From: Myxococcota bacterium | Lineage (GTDB): Bacteria; Myxococcota_A; UBA9160; SMWR01 | Reading direction: 5' to 3' | NCBI GenBank assembly: GCA_022447545.1 | Contig: JAKVBI010000017.1 | Span: forward strand, 69,512 to 133,511 | DNA: 64,000 bases | Shown: in pieces, positions 1 to 9,067 of the stretch | Layout: every line of letters begins with the position of its first letter | Numbering within the stretch: the first letter of the stretch is position 1 | The notes under the pieces: generated by a model | What the model saw: the letters and a program-made list of their open reading frames with translations, nothing else | Databases searched by the model: none | What the model was told of the DNA's origin: nothing | Made by a program: the position numbers and the translations under genes

Positions 1-2
1 CC

Positions 3-455
3 GATGCGCTTTACGTCGATTGTACGGCAGACGGTTTGTCTCGACGTGAGGTTCGTCCGTTGTTCGAAGGTCAAAGGGTCACGCTGCAATCCATGGTGAT
101 GTGCCAACAGGTGTTCAGTGCCTCGGTTGCGGGCTACATCGAGTCGCGTTACGACGACGACGAGGAAAAGAATAAGCTCTGCCGGGTTGTCGCCCATCCT
201 AATGAGCCCCGTGACTTTGTGATGGCGATGGCGATCAGTATGAAAAATCTAGATTCATGGGCCCGTGAATTTCGAGGCTGGTTGCGTCGTAGCCGACTCA
301 GTGCCGTCCATCACGAGCCCATCTTGGAACTGATTCGGAGCGGGCTCCAAGCTCGTAAGATCGTTCCCATGGCCGCAGAAAAAATGCGCTTGATGATGCA
401 GAACGAATTTCCGGAGGATGCGCTGAAGACCGTCGGTTTCGAAGAAGGAGTTTAG
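3..455 (+). CDS. C-terminal fragment of a gene entering from the left edge; family not securely recognised (possibly the C-terminus of an FAD/NAD(P)-binding oxidoreductase)
   Basis: The frame is open from nt 3 (DALYVDCTADGLSRREV...) to TAG at 453-455. ORF-track entry 36..455 is only the TTG-initiated tail. I can name no diagnostic motif. Confidence 0.4.
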   Translation, partial: DALYVDCTADGLSRREVRPLFEGQRVTLQSMVMCQQVFSASVAGYIESRYDDDEEKNKLCRVVAHPNEPRDFVMAMAISMKNLDSWAREFRGWLRRSRLSAVHHEPILELIRSGLQARKIVPMAAEKMRLMMQNEFPEDALKTVGFEEGV

Positions 456-3019
456 CGATTGGAGGGTTCGGGCATGGGTGGGGTGAGCTTCTTGTAGAGT
501 TCCATTGCTCCTCCATTCAACGGGTCGATCCGGACCGCCGCGCCGGAAAGTCGTCGAGCGGCTGTGTCGTCGTTGCGGAAGAACGCGCAGGCTGCCTCGT
601 GGTACTCCGCCATGGCCTGGAGTTCCCGGGAGGGCGGGATGGTTTGGAGCTGCTGGGCCTCGAACGTCCTGGCCTCGAGGAGCAGTGAACAGTTGTCGCT
701 CAAGATCTCCCCTGGCCGGTCTGGGGTCCGGAACGAGGAGAACTCCAAAACCGGGTGATTCCAAGAGTTCACCTGGGCGCCCTCGGCCACGCTGAGTAGT
801 GCTCGCTTTCCAGCGACGCGTCGAGCTCGAAGGGCCGAAGCTCCAGAGATGCCTAGCGCTGCAATTTCGTCTTTTGTTCGGAGTTGCAGTGAATCGTCGT
901 TTGTCAGGTTTTTCCTACCTTGGATCGGTTGGTTGGAGCCCACCAGCAGCAGCAGGGTCGGCGGGTCGAAGTAGGCCGCTGCGTATTCAAACGACTCCAT
1001 GAACGTCCGGAGAACGGTTCGGAAGTCGCCTGCTGAATCGAGAGGGATCCATTGAACGAAGAGACCACTCGGAGTCAAACGCTGGGAACTCAAAGCGTAG
1101 AACTCTGTGCTCAGCAATTTCGCGTTTCCTGAGAATCCCCTTGCGAGTTTTCCGTCGGATACGATGAGGTCGTAACGGCCCTGGCTTCGAAGGAGGAAAT
1201 GGATCGCGTCATCGACATGAACTTTGGCGCGTACGTCGGACAGAACCGAGGATTCGGGAAACAAGAGTGCTGCCTCGACGACGGCGCCGTTGATTTCGAT
1301 GGCGTCTAGGGCCGTGACTCCGGAATAGGCGGAGAGTGATTTTAGCGTCGATGCTGAGCCCAGGCCGATGTTCAGAGTTCTTTGAATGTTTGAATCGAGG
1401 GCCATGGGTAGATGGGCAAGGAGTTTCTGTTTCTTGTCCATTCTCTTGAAGATGGGAGTGTTGGAGCCGATGATCGTTCCGTCAATCGCCATCCCCATGG
1501 CGGAACGCCCCAATCCGAATCTCCATACTTGCACTGTCGCGAGGTCGCCTTCGTTTTCGTAGATGAGCTGAGCTGTGTCCATGGATCGCTGGTTACCCGC
1601 GCCGACGAAACCGATGCGCTCGGGAAGGATGAGCATGAAAAAGCCACTCATCAGGACGGCGATCGCGGAGCATGTGAAACGGAGAGCATCCCGTCCTCTT
1701 GCCGGTGTGACGAGAGCGACCCCCAGCGCGAGACTCACGCAAGCGATGATCTGCAGGCTGGCGACCGTTCCGAGGCTTGGAATCAACCAGACGGCGGAAG
1801 CGAATGCTCCGAGGATGCTGCCAGCGTTGGACAAGAACACCGCGAGACCCGCGTTTCGGCCGACCTGGTCTGCGGTTTTCGCGTCCCCGAGCAGCAAGGC
1901 GCTTGCCAGGGGGAAGGCCAACCCCATGAGCCATGTTGCGGGTAGGAGGATCGCGAATCCCGATGCCGAAAAGAGGAGCAGGCGTTGCCACCATGCGAGG
2001 TTTCCGACGAGTGGGGAAAAAGCGCTGATCTGACCCTCGATGCTGGGAGTGGCGATTGCAATGGATGCGAGTGCCATCCCGCCGAGTGATAAGACGGCGA
2101 TTGCCATGTGGCACCCGGCGAGGGCGAACTCGGCGGGCACCCGCCGAGAGATCCTTCTGAAAGTCAGGCTCCCGATGCCGAGACCTGTCAGAAACACCAC
2201 GAGCATGATGGTGAACGCATACGTGTTGTTGGCGAACAGGTATCGAAGCGTTCGAAACCATACGATTTCGTAGGCAAATGTCGCGAATCCTGAAATGAAG
2301 AGAGCCCCTGCGACGAGTGCAAAGCCCAATGGGTTTCTGGTTCCGTCCGGTTTTGGTTCAACACTTGCGGAGGGGTTGTCGAGTTTTCGCATGTGTCGGG
2401 AGAGGAGCAGCGATGCGACGCCGACGAGGATGTTGAGGGAGTTTCCGAACCAGACAGTGGCCTTGAGTCCGGAGAGTTCTATCCAAAGGAAGCCGGCAAG
2501 GAGTGCTCCAGTTGCAGCGCCCAGTGTGTTCAGTCCGTATAGCCATCCCAGATGGCGATCTACGCCCGAGGGTCCTCGAATCATCGCGGCGCACAGGGCC
2601 GGGAAGGTTGCCCCCATGAGAACTGCGGGTAGGGAAAGTACGACGAATGCGCACAGGACCCGTCCGAGGTCCAGCCCGACACCGGCTGGGAGGGCTTCTG
2701 CAGTATCGGCAAACAACCCAGGAAGGCTGGGCAAGCCGAGTGTCACGCAGAGTGCCGCGAGCGCGATTCCCAGTTCCAGGATCCCATATAGGGTGATCGG
2801 CGAGTGCCAGCGAGCGAGGACGCGGTGATACGCCCAGGCCCCGACTCCCATGCCGCCCATGAATCCGGCCAATGTCGCGCTGGCCGCGAGAGTCGTGCTC
2901 CCGAACGCCAGTGACAGGAGCTTGGTCCAAACCACCTCGTAGGAGAGGGCCGCCACACCCGATAGGAATGAAAAAAAGTAGAGCGCCAGGTCTGTGCCGC
3001 GTGATTCGCGACTGTTCAT
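452..3019 (-). CDS. fused polytopic membrane (MFS-like) / spermidine-synthase-like protein with TPR-like tail
   Basis: 855 aa, ATG at 3019. The N-terminal ~470 aa are a run of hydrophobic helices. A class-I methyltransferase/spermidine-synthase-like core follows (LNIGLGSASTL ... RYDLIVSDG), then a helical-repeat tail. This matches the widespread fused MFS/spermidine synthase architecture. Confidence 0.75.
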   Translation of the reverse strand: MNSRESRGTDLALYFFSFLSGVAALSYEVVWTKLLSLAFGSTTLAASATLAGFMGGMGVGAWAYHRVLARWHSPITLYGILELGIALAALCVTLGLPSLPGLFADTAEALPAGVGLDLGRVLCAFVVLSLPAVLMGATFPALCAAMIRGPSGVDRHLGWLYGLNTLGAATGALLAGFLWIELSGLKATVWFGNSLNILVGVASLLLSRHMRKLDNPSASVEPKPDGTRNPLGFALVAGALFISGFATFAYEIVWFRTLRYLFANNTYAFTIMLVVFLTGLGIGSLTFRRISRRVPAEFALAGCHMAIAVLSLGGMALASIAIATPSIEGQISAFSPLVGNLAWWQRLLLFSASGFAILLPATWLMGLAFPLASALLLGDAKTADQVGRNAGLAVFLSNAGSILGAFASAVWLIPSLGTVASLQIIACVSLALGVALVTPARGRDALRFTCSAIAVLMSGFFMLILPERIGFVGAGNQRSMDTAQLIYENEGDLATVQVWRFGLGRSAMGMAIDGTIIGSNTPIFKRMDKKQKLLAHLPMALDSNIQRTLNIGLGSASTLKSLSAYSGVTALDAIEINGAVVEAALLFPESSVLSDVRAKVHVDDAIHFLLRSQGRYDLIVSDGKLARGFSGNAKLLSTEFYALSSQRLTPSGLFVQWIPLDSAGDFRTVLRTFMESFEYAAAYFDPPTLLLLVGSNQPIQGRKNLTNDDSLQLRTKDEIAALGISGASALRARRVAGKRALLSVAEGAQVNSWNHPVLEFSSFRTPDRPGEILSDNCSLLLEARTFEAQQLQTIPPSRELQAMAEYHEAACAFFRNDDTAARRLSGAAVRIDPLNGGAMELYKKLTPPMPEPSNR

Positions 3020-3081
3020 AGGCGACTCTGCCTGCCCTCGGGCGAAGTGGCTCGGCGGGATTGCCTTCGGTTTCGTAGGAG

Positions 3082-4695
3082 CTACCGGCTCAAGTCGAAA
3101 CCCGAGTAACCGTTTCGGGCGATTTTTTCGCAGCGTTTTCGGTACTCGAAATGTCCACCTGGGTACGGCATGACCACCCGGGTCTTGCCGGGGATGTTGG
3201 CGCCGAGATACCAGGAGTCCGCTTGGCCGAGCAGGGTTTCTTTGGCGACATCACTGACGTGCTCGACCCACCGATCCTCGGCTTCCTGGGAGGCCTCGAT
3301 GGTTTCCAAGGCGTTGTCGCGCATGTGCTGGATGCAGTCGGAAATCCACTCGACATGGAGTTCGATGGAAACGGGCATGTTGGTCAACACCGACGGGCTG
3401 CCCGGTCCCGTAATGGTAAAAAGGTTCGGGAAGCCCGAGACCTGTAGGCCGAGGTAGGTGCGAGGTCCCTCGACCCATTTGTCCGCGAGTCGCAGGCCTT
3501 CCGAGCCACGGATATCGATGTTCAGGAGCGCCCCGGTCATGGCATCGAAGCCCGTGGCGAGAACGAGTGTGTCGAGTTCGAATTCGGCGTTCTTTGTGTG
3601 GAGGCCGTCTTGCGTGATCGCGGTGATGGGATCCTGACGGATGTCGACCAGAGTGACGTTCTTGCGGTTGAAGGTCTCGAAGTAATCGGTGTCGATGGGG
3701 GGTCGTTTGGCTCCGTAGGGGTGATCTACGGGAAGCAGACGCTCGGCAACGACGGGGTCCTTGACGACCTCGCGGATTTTGTCCCGGATGAACTCCGCAA
3801 CGGTGTCGTTTGCTTCCTTGTCTCTCATGACGTCGTTGAAGGAACCCCAGAGGAATGAGAATCCACCCTTTCCCCAAAGGTCCTCGTAGACTTCCGTGCG
3901 TTCGGCCTGGGTTGCCTGCAGGGCCGATCGCTCAACCGGTTTGTAGGGAAAGCCCGATGACGTCTCCCGGGTGCGACGGCGAATGTCACGGTAGTCGGAT
4001 TTGATGGTTGCCCATTGCTCCTTGCCGAGAGGAGCATTTCGAGCGGGAACGCTGAAGTTGGGCGTTCGCTGAAATACGGTCAGGTGGTCGGCCTCGGCCG
4101 CGATCACCGGTGTGGCCTGGATTCCGGTTGATCCCGTACCGATGAGTCCAACTCGTTTTCCGCTGAAATCAACGCCCTGATGTGGCCAAGCGCCCGTGTG
4201 ATACCAATCCCCGTCGAAGTCGTCTAGGCCGGGAATATCTGGAATGTTGGCGGCAGATAGACAACCGACTGCAGTAATGAGGAACTTGGCTTCGAAATGC
4301 TCTCCACGCTGCGTGAAGATCTTCCAGCGATTCGTTTCAGCATCGAAGGCTGCTTCGGTGACACGCGTTTCGAGTTGAATGTCGCGCAGAAGGTCGAAGC
4401 GGTCGGCGACGTGTTCGAGGTAGCGGAGGATTTCGGGCTGGTCGGGATATTTACTCGTCCACTCCCATTCCTGTTCAAGGTCTTCGGAAAAGGAATAGGA
4501 ATAGTAGTAGCTCTCTGAATCACAGCGAGCGCCCGGGTAGCGGTTCCAGTACCAAGTTCCACCGACCCCGTCTCCTGCCTCGAGGACACGGGCATCGAGT
4601 CCGAGAATGTCTCGAAGTCTGTGGAGCATGTAGAGGCCAGAGAAACCGGCACCCACCACCACCGCGTCGAGTGTTGTGTTGTTTTCCGGTGCCAC
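3082..4695 (-). CDS. Baeyer-Villiger (flavin, NADPH) monooxygenase, cyclohexanone-monooxygenase-like
   Basis: N-terminal GxGxxG (VVVGAGFSGLY). BVMO fingerprint FxGxxxHxxxWP is present (FDGDWYHTGAWP). Second Rossmann motif GLIGTGSTG. GTG start at 4695, 11 nt after the upstream stop. Confidence 0.9.
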   Translation of the reverse strand: MAPENNTTLDAVVVGAGFSGLYMLHRLRDILGLDARVLEAGDGVGGTWYWNRYPGARCDSESYYYSYSFSEDLEQEWEWTSKYPDQPEILRYLEHVADRFDLLRDIQLETRVTEAAFDAETNRWKIFTQRGEHFEAKFLITAVGCLSAANIPDIPGLDDFDGDWYHTGAWPHQGVDFSGKRVGLIGTGSTGIQATPVIAAEADHLTVFQRTPNFSVPARNAPLGKEQWATIKSDYRDIRRRTRETSSGFPYKPVERSALQATQAERTEVYEDLWGKGGFSFLWGSFNDVMRDKEANDTVAEFIRDKIREVVKDPVVAERLLPVDHPYGAKRPPIDTDYFETFNRKNVTLVDIRQDPITAITQDGLHTKNAEFELDTLVLATGFDAMTGALLNIDIRGSEGLRLADKWVEGPRTYLGLQVSGFPNLFTITGPGSPSVLTNMPVSIELHVEWISDCIQHMRDNALETIEASQEAEDRWVEHVSDVAKETLLGQADSWYLGANIPGKTRVVMPYPGGHFEYRKRCEKIARNGYSGFDLSR

Positions 4696-4706
4696 GATGT
4701 GTTGGC

Positions 4707-6422
4707 TCAGCGAGCGGCTCCGACGCCCCTGCGAAGCAGTGCGCCCGAATAGACGTCGGTCTGGCGGTCGTCCTCGATGGTGATTTGTCCGTTTACGAGC
4801 ACGTAGCGGTATCCCTCACCCGCAGAGGCGATCCGGTACTCGTCTCCCGGCAGGTCGGACCGGAAGTTCGGGAACTCGTAGTCGAGGTTTTCGTAGTCGT
4901 AGACCACGATATCAGCGGCTGAGCCCTCGCGAAGCGTTCCGCGGTCGCGGAAGCCGGCGCAGAAGGCCGGCAGCGCTGACAACCGCCAATGGGCCTCTTC
5001 GAGAGTCGTGAACCCATGGTCGCGAACGTATCGTGAGATGTACTCCGTCGCGTAGCTACCCGCCGCCAAATATTTGAGGTGGGCTCCACCGTCCGAGAGT
5101 CCGGGAATCACGTAGGGGTCATCGATGAGTTGCTTTATGCCCTCTAGCGAAATGTCGAACTGAGTGGTCTGGAAAATTGTCTTGAGACCGTCGCCAGCGA
5201 CGATGTCACAGACGACATCGACGGGATGTTTGTTGAGTTCTTTGGCGACTTGTCCGATGGTCTTCCCGGCCAGATTTCCTGCGGTTTCGCTCTCGACCAC
5301 GCTGGCCTCGTCGACGCCGCCGATGAATTGATGTCGGAGCGGTTCGGCCTTGAGCTTCTCGCGCACGGCAGGATCAGCGAAATTGGCGAGCTTTACGTCG
5401 TTGGGGACGTTGGGCCCTGTGAATTCATCCCAGACGGGTCCCCACAGATCCCAGTAGTCGAAGGTGAACACGAGAGGTGGGTTCTGTGTGATGCCCTGGC
5501 CGTAGATTCTGAGGCCACGTTCGTGGCAGCTGCGGAACCAACCGAGCAGTGCGTCGTGCATTTCGATCATCACGCCGGAGGCCGGCAGAGCCTGATAGAT
5601 GATGGGGGCGCCGCTGATCTCGGCCAGTTGCTCCCAATGTTCGTGAGGCATGCCCGCAGCCGAAAGCTCGATGAATCCTTCGCCGCGGTCTCCGAGAACC
5701 TTCGCAAGTACGAGCTGCGTTTCGGGCCACATCACGTCCGAGGGCATGGGGGATCCGTCGAAGTCCGATTGTGCCGCGCCTCCCATGGTGGGGACGCTCG
5801 GGTCGCCGGCGGTTCCGAGTGTCTGGGAAGACCAGCCGCAGGCACCGGCGTCCATCGCCTCGTGGAGGAGACGAGCCATCTCGGCATGCTCGGAGTCGGT
5901 GGGCTTGCGGCCTGCTTTTGCATCCTCGAGCCCCATCACCCAAATCAGGAGCGGGTTGACGCCCACATAGGGGAGAAGATTGACGGCCTTGGGCTGACGA
6001 TCGATGCTGTCCAACATCTCTGGGTAGGTTTCCCAGTCCCAGGGGATCGAGGCCTCCATGGTCGCCATGGGGATCGCCTCAACCTTGGTCATGGATTCCA
6101 TGGCGCGGTGGCGGAGATCCTTTTTCGTGGGGGCAAAGCCAAATCCGCAGTTGCCGATGACCACCGAGGTGACGCCGTTCCAACCGGAGGTTGTCAGGTA
6201 GGGATCCCAGAAGACCTGGGCATCGTAGTGGGTGTGGAGATCGATGAAGCCCGGAGCAACGACGAGCCCGGTCGCGTCGATCTCGCGATCCGCCTGGCCC
6301 GGTCCGATACGCCCCAGATGTGTGATGAGGCCGTCCTTGATCCCCACGTCGCCTCGGTAGCGTGGGTTTCGAGCGCCATCGACGATGGTGCCGTTTCGAA
6401 TTGCGATGTCGAATTCGCGCAT
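4707..6422 (-). CDS. N-acyl-D-amino-acid deacylase (D-aminoacylase) family amidohydrolase
   Basis: 571 aa. N-terminus is IRNGTIVDG...GFIDLHTHYD (HxH metal motif). Strong SD GAGGAGG lies 6 nt before the ATG at 6422. Confidence 0.85.
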   Translation of the reverse strand: MREFDIAIRNGTIVDGARNPRYRGDVGIKDGLITHLGRIGPGQADREIDATGLVVAPGFIDLHTHYDAQVFWDPYLTTSGWNGVTSVVIGNCGFGFAPTKKDLRHRAMESMTKVEAIPMATMEASIPWDWETYPEMLDSIDRQPKAVNLLPYVGVNPLLIWVMGLEDAKAGRKPTDSEHAEMARLLHEAMDAGACGWSSQTLGTAGDPSVPTMGGAAQSDFDGSPMPSDVMWPETQLVLAKVLGDRGEGFIELSAAGMPHEHWEQLAEISGAPIIYQALPASGVMIEMHDALLGWFRSCHERGLRIYGQGITQNPPLVFTFDYWDLWGPVWDEFTGPNVPNDVKLANFADPAVREKLKAEPLRHQFIGGVDEASVVESETAGNLAGKTIGQVAKELNKHPVDVVCDIVAGDGLKTIFQTTQFDISLEGIKQLIDDPYVIPGLSDGGAHLKYLAAGSYATEYISRYVRDHGFTTLEEAHWRLSALPAFCAGFRDRGTLREGSAADIVVYDYENLDYEFPNFRSDLPGDEYRIASAGEGYRYVLVNGQITIEDDRQTDVYSGALLRRGVGAAR

Positions 6423-6599
6423 GGTTGCCTCCTCACGGGTATGAAATTATGCCCTTCCATAATAACGGCTTCCTCGATTTGCGGTCGAGGGGCGACGGCT
6501 TTTCCTTGAGGGCACGATTTCAGTGGTTTGTCGGGCTCGGGGCGCCCACCGGGTTAGAATGCCGCGGTTCTGGCGTCTGATTGGGAGGAGCAAATTCGA

Positions 6600-7298
6600 A
6601 TGATCTTCTGGAGCTTGGCCGCCTACCTGCTCGTCGTCGGGGCGGCTCCCGCGTCCATGGCCTCCCCCACGGACGCCGAGATCTTGGACCGAATCTACCG
6701 CAGCGCCACAGCGTTTGGAGAGAAATACCCGGGCAATTACTCCCGCCGAAAAGTGACCGTGCGCGAATTCGATCCCGATGATGGTGAGCTGAAGAAGAGC
6801 AAGGTCATGCTGCAGGACGTCTGGGCCTATGCGGGCAAGAAAACCCGGGTCGAGGTTCTGAGTTGCACCATCGATGGCGAGGAGGCCGATCGCGAAGATT
6901 GCCAACCGATGGGCGACGGCGGCTCGGGCCCCACGTATCGGATGTTCGGCGACGAAGGCCGCAAACACTACCGCCTGGAGTTGTCGGGGAAAGTCGAATT
7001 CGAAGGGGTGCCCGTTTATCGGATTCGCGTGATCCCCCGAGAGAGGACGAAGAGACACTTCGATGGAGAGCTCTATTTCAAGACCGACGACTTGCGGCTG
7101 ATGGCCAGCATTGGAACTCTGGCCGACTATCCCATAGGCGTTCGGAAACTCGATCTCGAACTCACCTACGAGGAGCTCGATGGTTATCCGGTCCCGGGTC
7201 GTAATAAGATGGACATGACCCTCTACCTGCCCCTGGTGCTGAATATGCGGGTGGTCAGTGAGTCGATCGCTTCGGAACAGCGTCTTCTTACTGAGTAG
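6600..7298 (+). CDS. secreted hypothetical protein (LolA-like / lipoprotein-sorting-like fold suspected)
   Basis: 232 aa. SD GGGAGGAG lies 9 nt upstream of the ATG. N-terminal signal peptide MIFWSLAAYLLVVGAAPASMA. The family assignment is only a resemblance. Confidence 0.6.
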   Translation: MIFWSLAAYLLVVGAAPASMASPTDAEILDRIYRSATAFGEKYPGNYSRRKVTVREFDPDDGELKKSKVMLQDVWAYAGKKTRVEVLSCTIDGEEADREDCQPMGDGGSGPTYRMFGDEGRKHYRLELSGKVEFEGVPVYRIRVIPRERTKRHFDGELYFKTDDLRLMASIGTLADYPIGVRKLDLELTYEELDGYPVPGRNKMDMTLYLPLVLNMRVVSESIASEQRLLTE

Positions 7299-7348
7299 TG
7301 TCGTGCCTTTCGGTGCTAGGAGATGTGCGAACTCATCGTGGCGAAACC

Positions 7349-9058
7349 ATGGAGACCAGGGTGATCCGTAGATCGCGCATGCTGGTGCTCGCTTCGGTTG
7401 TCGTGATGCTTTCGCTCGCTGCCGGAGAGAGTAAGGGCGAGCGCTTCAATCCCCTCAAGCCACCGGATCGCTCGAGTCCTCGCGCCACGTTGAAGAGTTT
7501 TGTCGAGAGCCTCGACGCGGGAGCCGCACTCCTGCGCGAAATGAGGTCGGGGGGCGGATCCTTCGAGGAGAACGCCAAGATCGTTCGAGAGGCCGAGTCT
7601 CATTTCGATCACGCCATCGAGTGTCTGGATCTCGAGAGTGTGGCTCCGGAACTCGTTCAGGACACTGGCTTCGAGACGGTCCTGATGCTGAAGGATGTGC
7701 TCGATCGCATTCCTCTGCCTCCGTACGCTGAGATTCCCGATGCCGACGCGATGGAGGCGGAGGGAAGCGAATTCTGGGCAATTCCCGATACCGAGATCTT
7801 CATCGAATTCGCATCGGCCGGTCCCCACGCGGGCTCCTATCTCTTTTCGCAGGATACAGTGAGCCGTATCCGCGATTTCTTTGCCCGGGTAAAGGATGTG
7901 CCCTATCGATCCAATGCCGAGGGAGGTCTTTACACCTTCTATATTTCGGCGCCCGGACACTGGCTGCTTCCAGCGACTCCCTGGTTCGACAGTCTGCCTG
8001 ACTGGTCGCATTCACTCGTTCTCGATCAGGCAGTCTGGCAGTGGCTTGGCCTGATGGTGAGTCTTTTTCTCGGTGGGGCACTGTTGCTCCTCATCTGGCA
8101 CTGGACCGAACACGAGGAGCCCGGTCCCGAAAGCCGTTCCAGCCTGAAGGCTTCGCTGCGGCCGTTGGCTGTGATGGTCGTTGTAACCGCAGTCGAATTT
8201 ACAGCCGACGAGTGTTTCAACATCACAGGGGGGGTATTGAAGGCTTTGAGCCTTTCGCTCGGGGCTGTGTTCTACATGGCCGGAATTGGAGCGGTGTGGC
8301 TCGTTGCAGGGGGAATGGCGGAATTGCTGATTTCTGCCCAACACCTGCGGGTTCGCAGTATCGATAGCCAACTCGTTCGATTGGGCCTGCGTTTTGTGGC
8401 GTTGATTGGATCCGCAGCGATCGCGGTAGAAGGTGCCCAACGCCTGGGGCTTCCCGCGTATTCGGTTCTGACCGGCCTGGGAATCGGCGGTCTCGCCGTT
8501 GCTCTCGCCGCTCGTGAGAGCATGGCCAATCTGCTCGGTTCCATCGTGATCATGTTCGAGCGGCCTTTTCGAGTCGGTGATTGGATCCAGGCGGCCTCCG
8601 TGGAAGGCAACGTCGAGGGCGTTGGGTTTCGGAGTACGCGGATTCGCACTTTCTACGATTCGCTGGTCTCCATTCCGAACAGCGAACTCGTGAATACTGT
8701 CGTGGATAATATGGGCCGGCGCCGATATCGCCGGGTGAAGACGCGCCTGGTTTTGAATTGCGAGACGCCAATCGAGACAGTGGAAGCTTTCACGGAAGGC
8801 GTTCGTTCGATGATTCGCGATGATCAGGTGACGTGGAACGAGAAGATTCACGTGGTCGTCGAAGATTTCGGAGAGAGTGGGATTCCGGTGCTGCTGTATT
8901 TCTTCCTGGTCGTTCCGAGCTGGGAGTCAGAGCTCATGGAACGGCAGCGGCTCCTGCTGGAAATCATGAGGTTGGCCGACAATCTCGGAATCCGGTTGGC
9001 ATTCCCCACTCAGACGGTTTTCGTGGAAGGAACGAACGAGGCCGGCGCATCTTCTTGA
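7349..9058 (+). CDS. MscS-family mechanosensitive channel with a large N-terminal periplasmic domain
   Basis: The C-terminal half carries the MscS core (LGSIVIMFERPFRVGDWIQ...VEGVGFRSTRIRTFYDSLVSIPNSELV). The ORF is open from GTG 7298. I prefer ATG 7349 (METRVIRRSRMLVLASVVVMLSLAAG, signal-like). The start is uncertain. Confidence 0.8.
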   Translation: METRVIRRSRMLVLASVVVMLSLAAGESKGERFNPLKPPDRSSPRATLKSFVESLDAGAALLREMRSGGGSFEENAKIVREAESHFDHAIECLDLESVAPELVQDTGFETVLMLKDVLDRIPLPPYAEIPDADAMEAEGSEFWAIPDTEIFIEFASAGPHAGSYLFSQDTVSRIRDFFARVKDVPYRSNAEGGLYTFYISAPGHWLLPATPWFDSLPDWSHSLVLDQAVWQWLGLMVSLFLGGALLLLIWHWTEHEEPGPESRSSLKASLRPLAVMVVVTAVEFTADECFNITGGVLKALSLSLGAVFYMAGIGAVWLVAGGMAELLISAQHLRVRSIDSQLVRLGLRFVALIGSAAIAVEGAQRLGLPAYSVLTGLGIGGLAVALAARESMANLLGSIVIMFERPFRVGDWIQAASVEGNVEGVGFRSTRIRTFYDSLVSIPNSELVNTVVDNMGRRRYRRVKTRLVLNCETPIETVEAFTEGVRSMIRDDQVTWNEKIHVVVEDFGESGIPVLLYFFLVVPSWESELMERQRLLLEIMRLADNLGIRLAFPTQTVFVEGTNEAGASS

Positions 9059-9067
9059 GCGAGGGGG

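Noticed and set aside
5226-6509. 427-aa plus-strand ORF
   Set aside because: It is antisense to the well-supported D-aminoacylase gene. The translation is Gly/Arg/Val-rich and low-complexity with no motif. This is a typical shadow ORF of GC-rich DNA.
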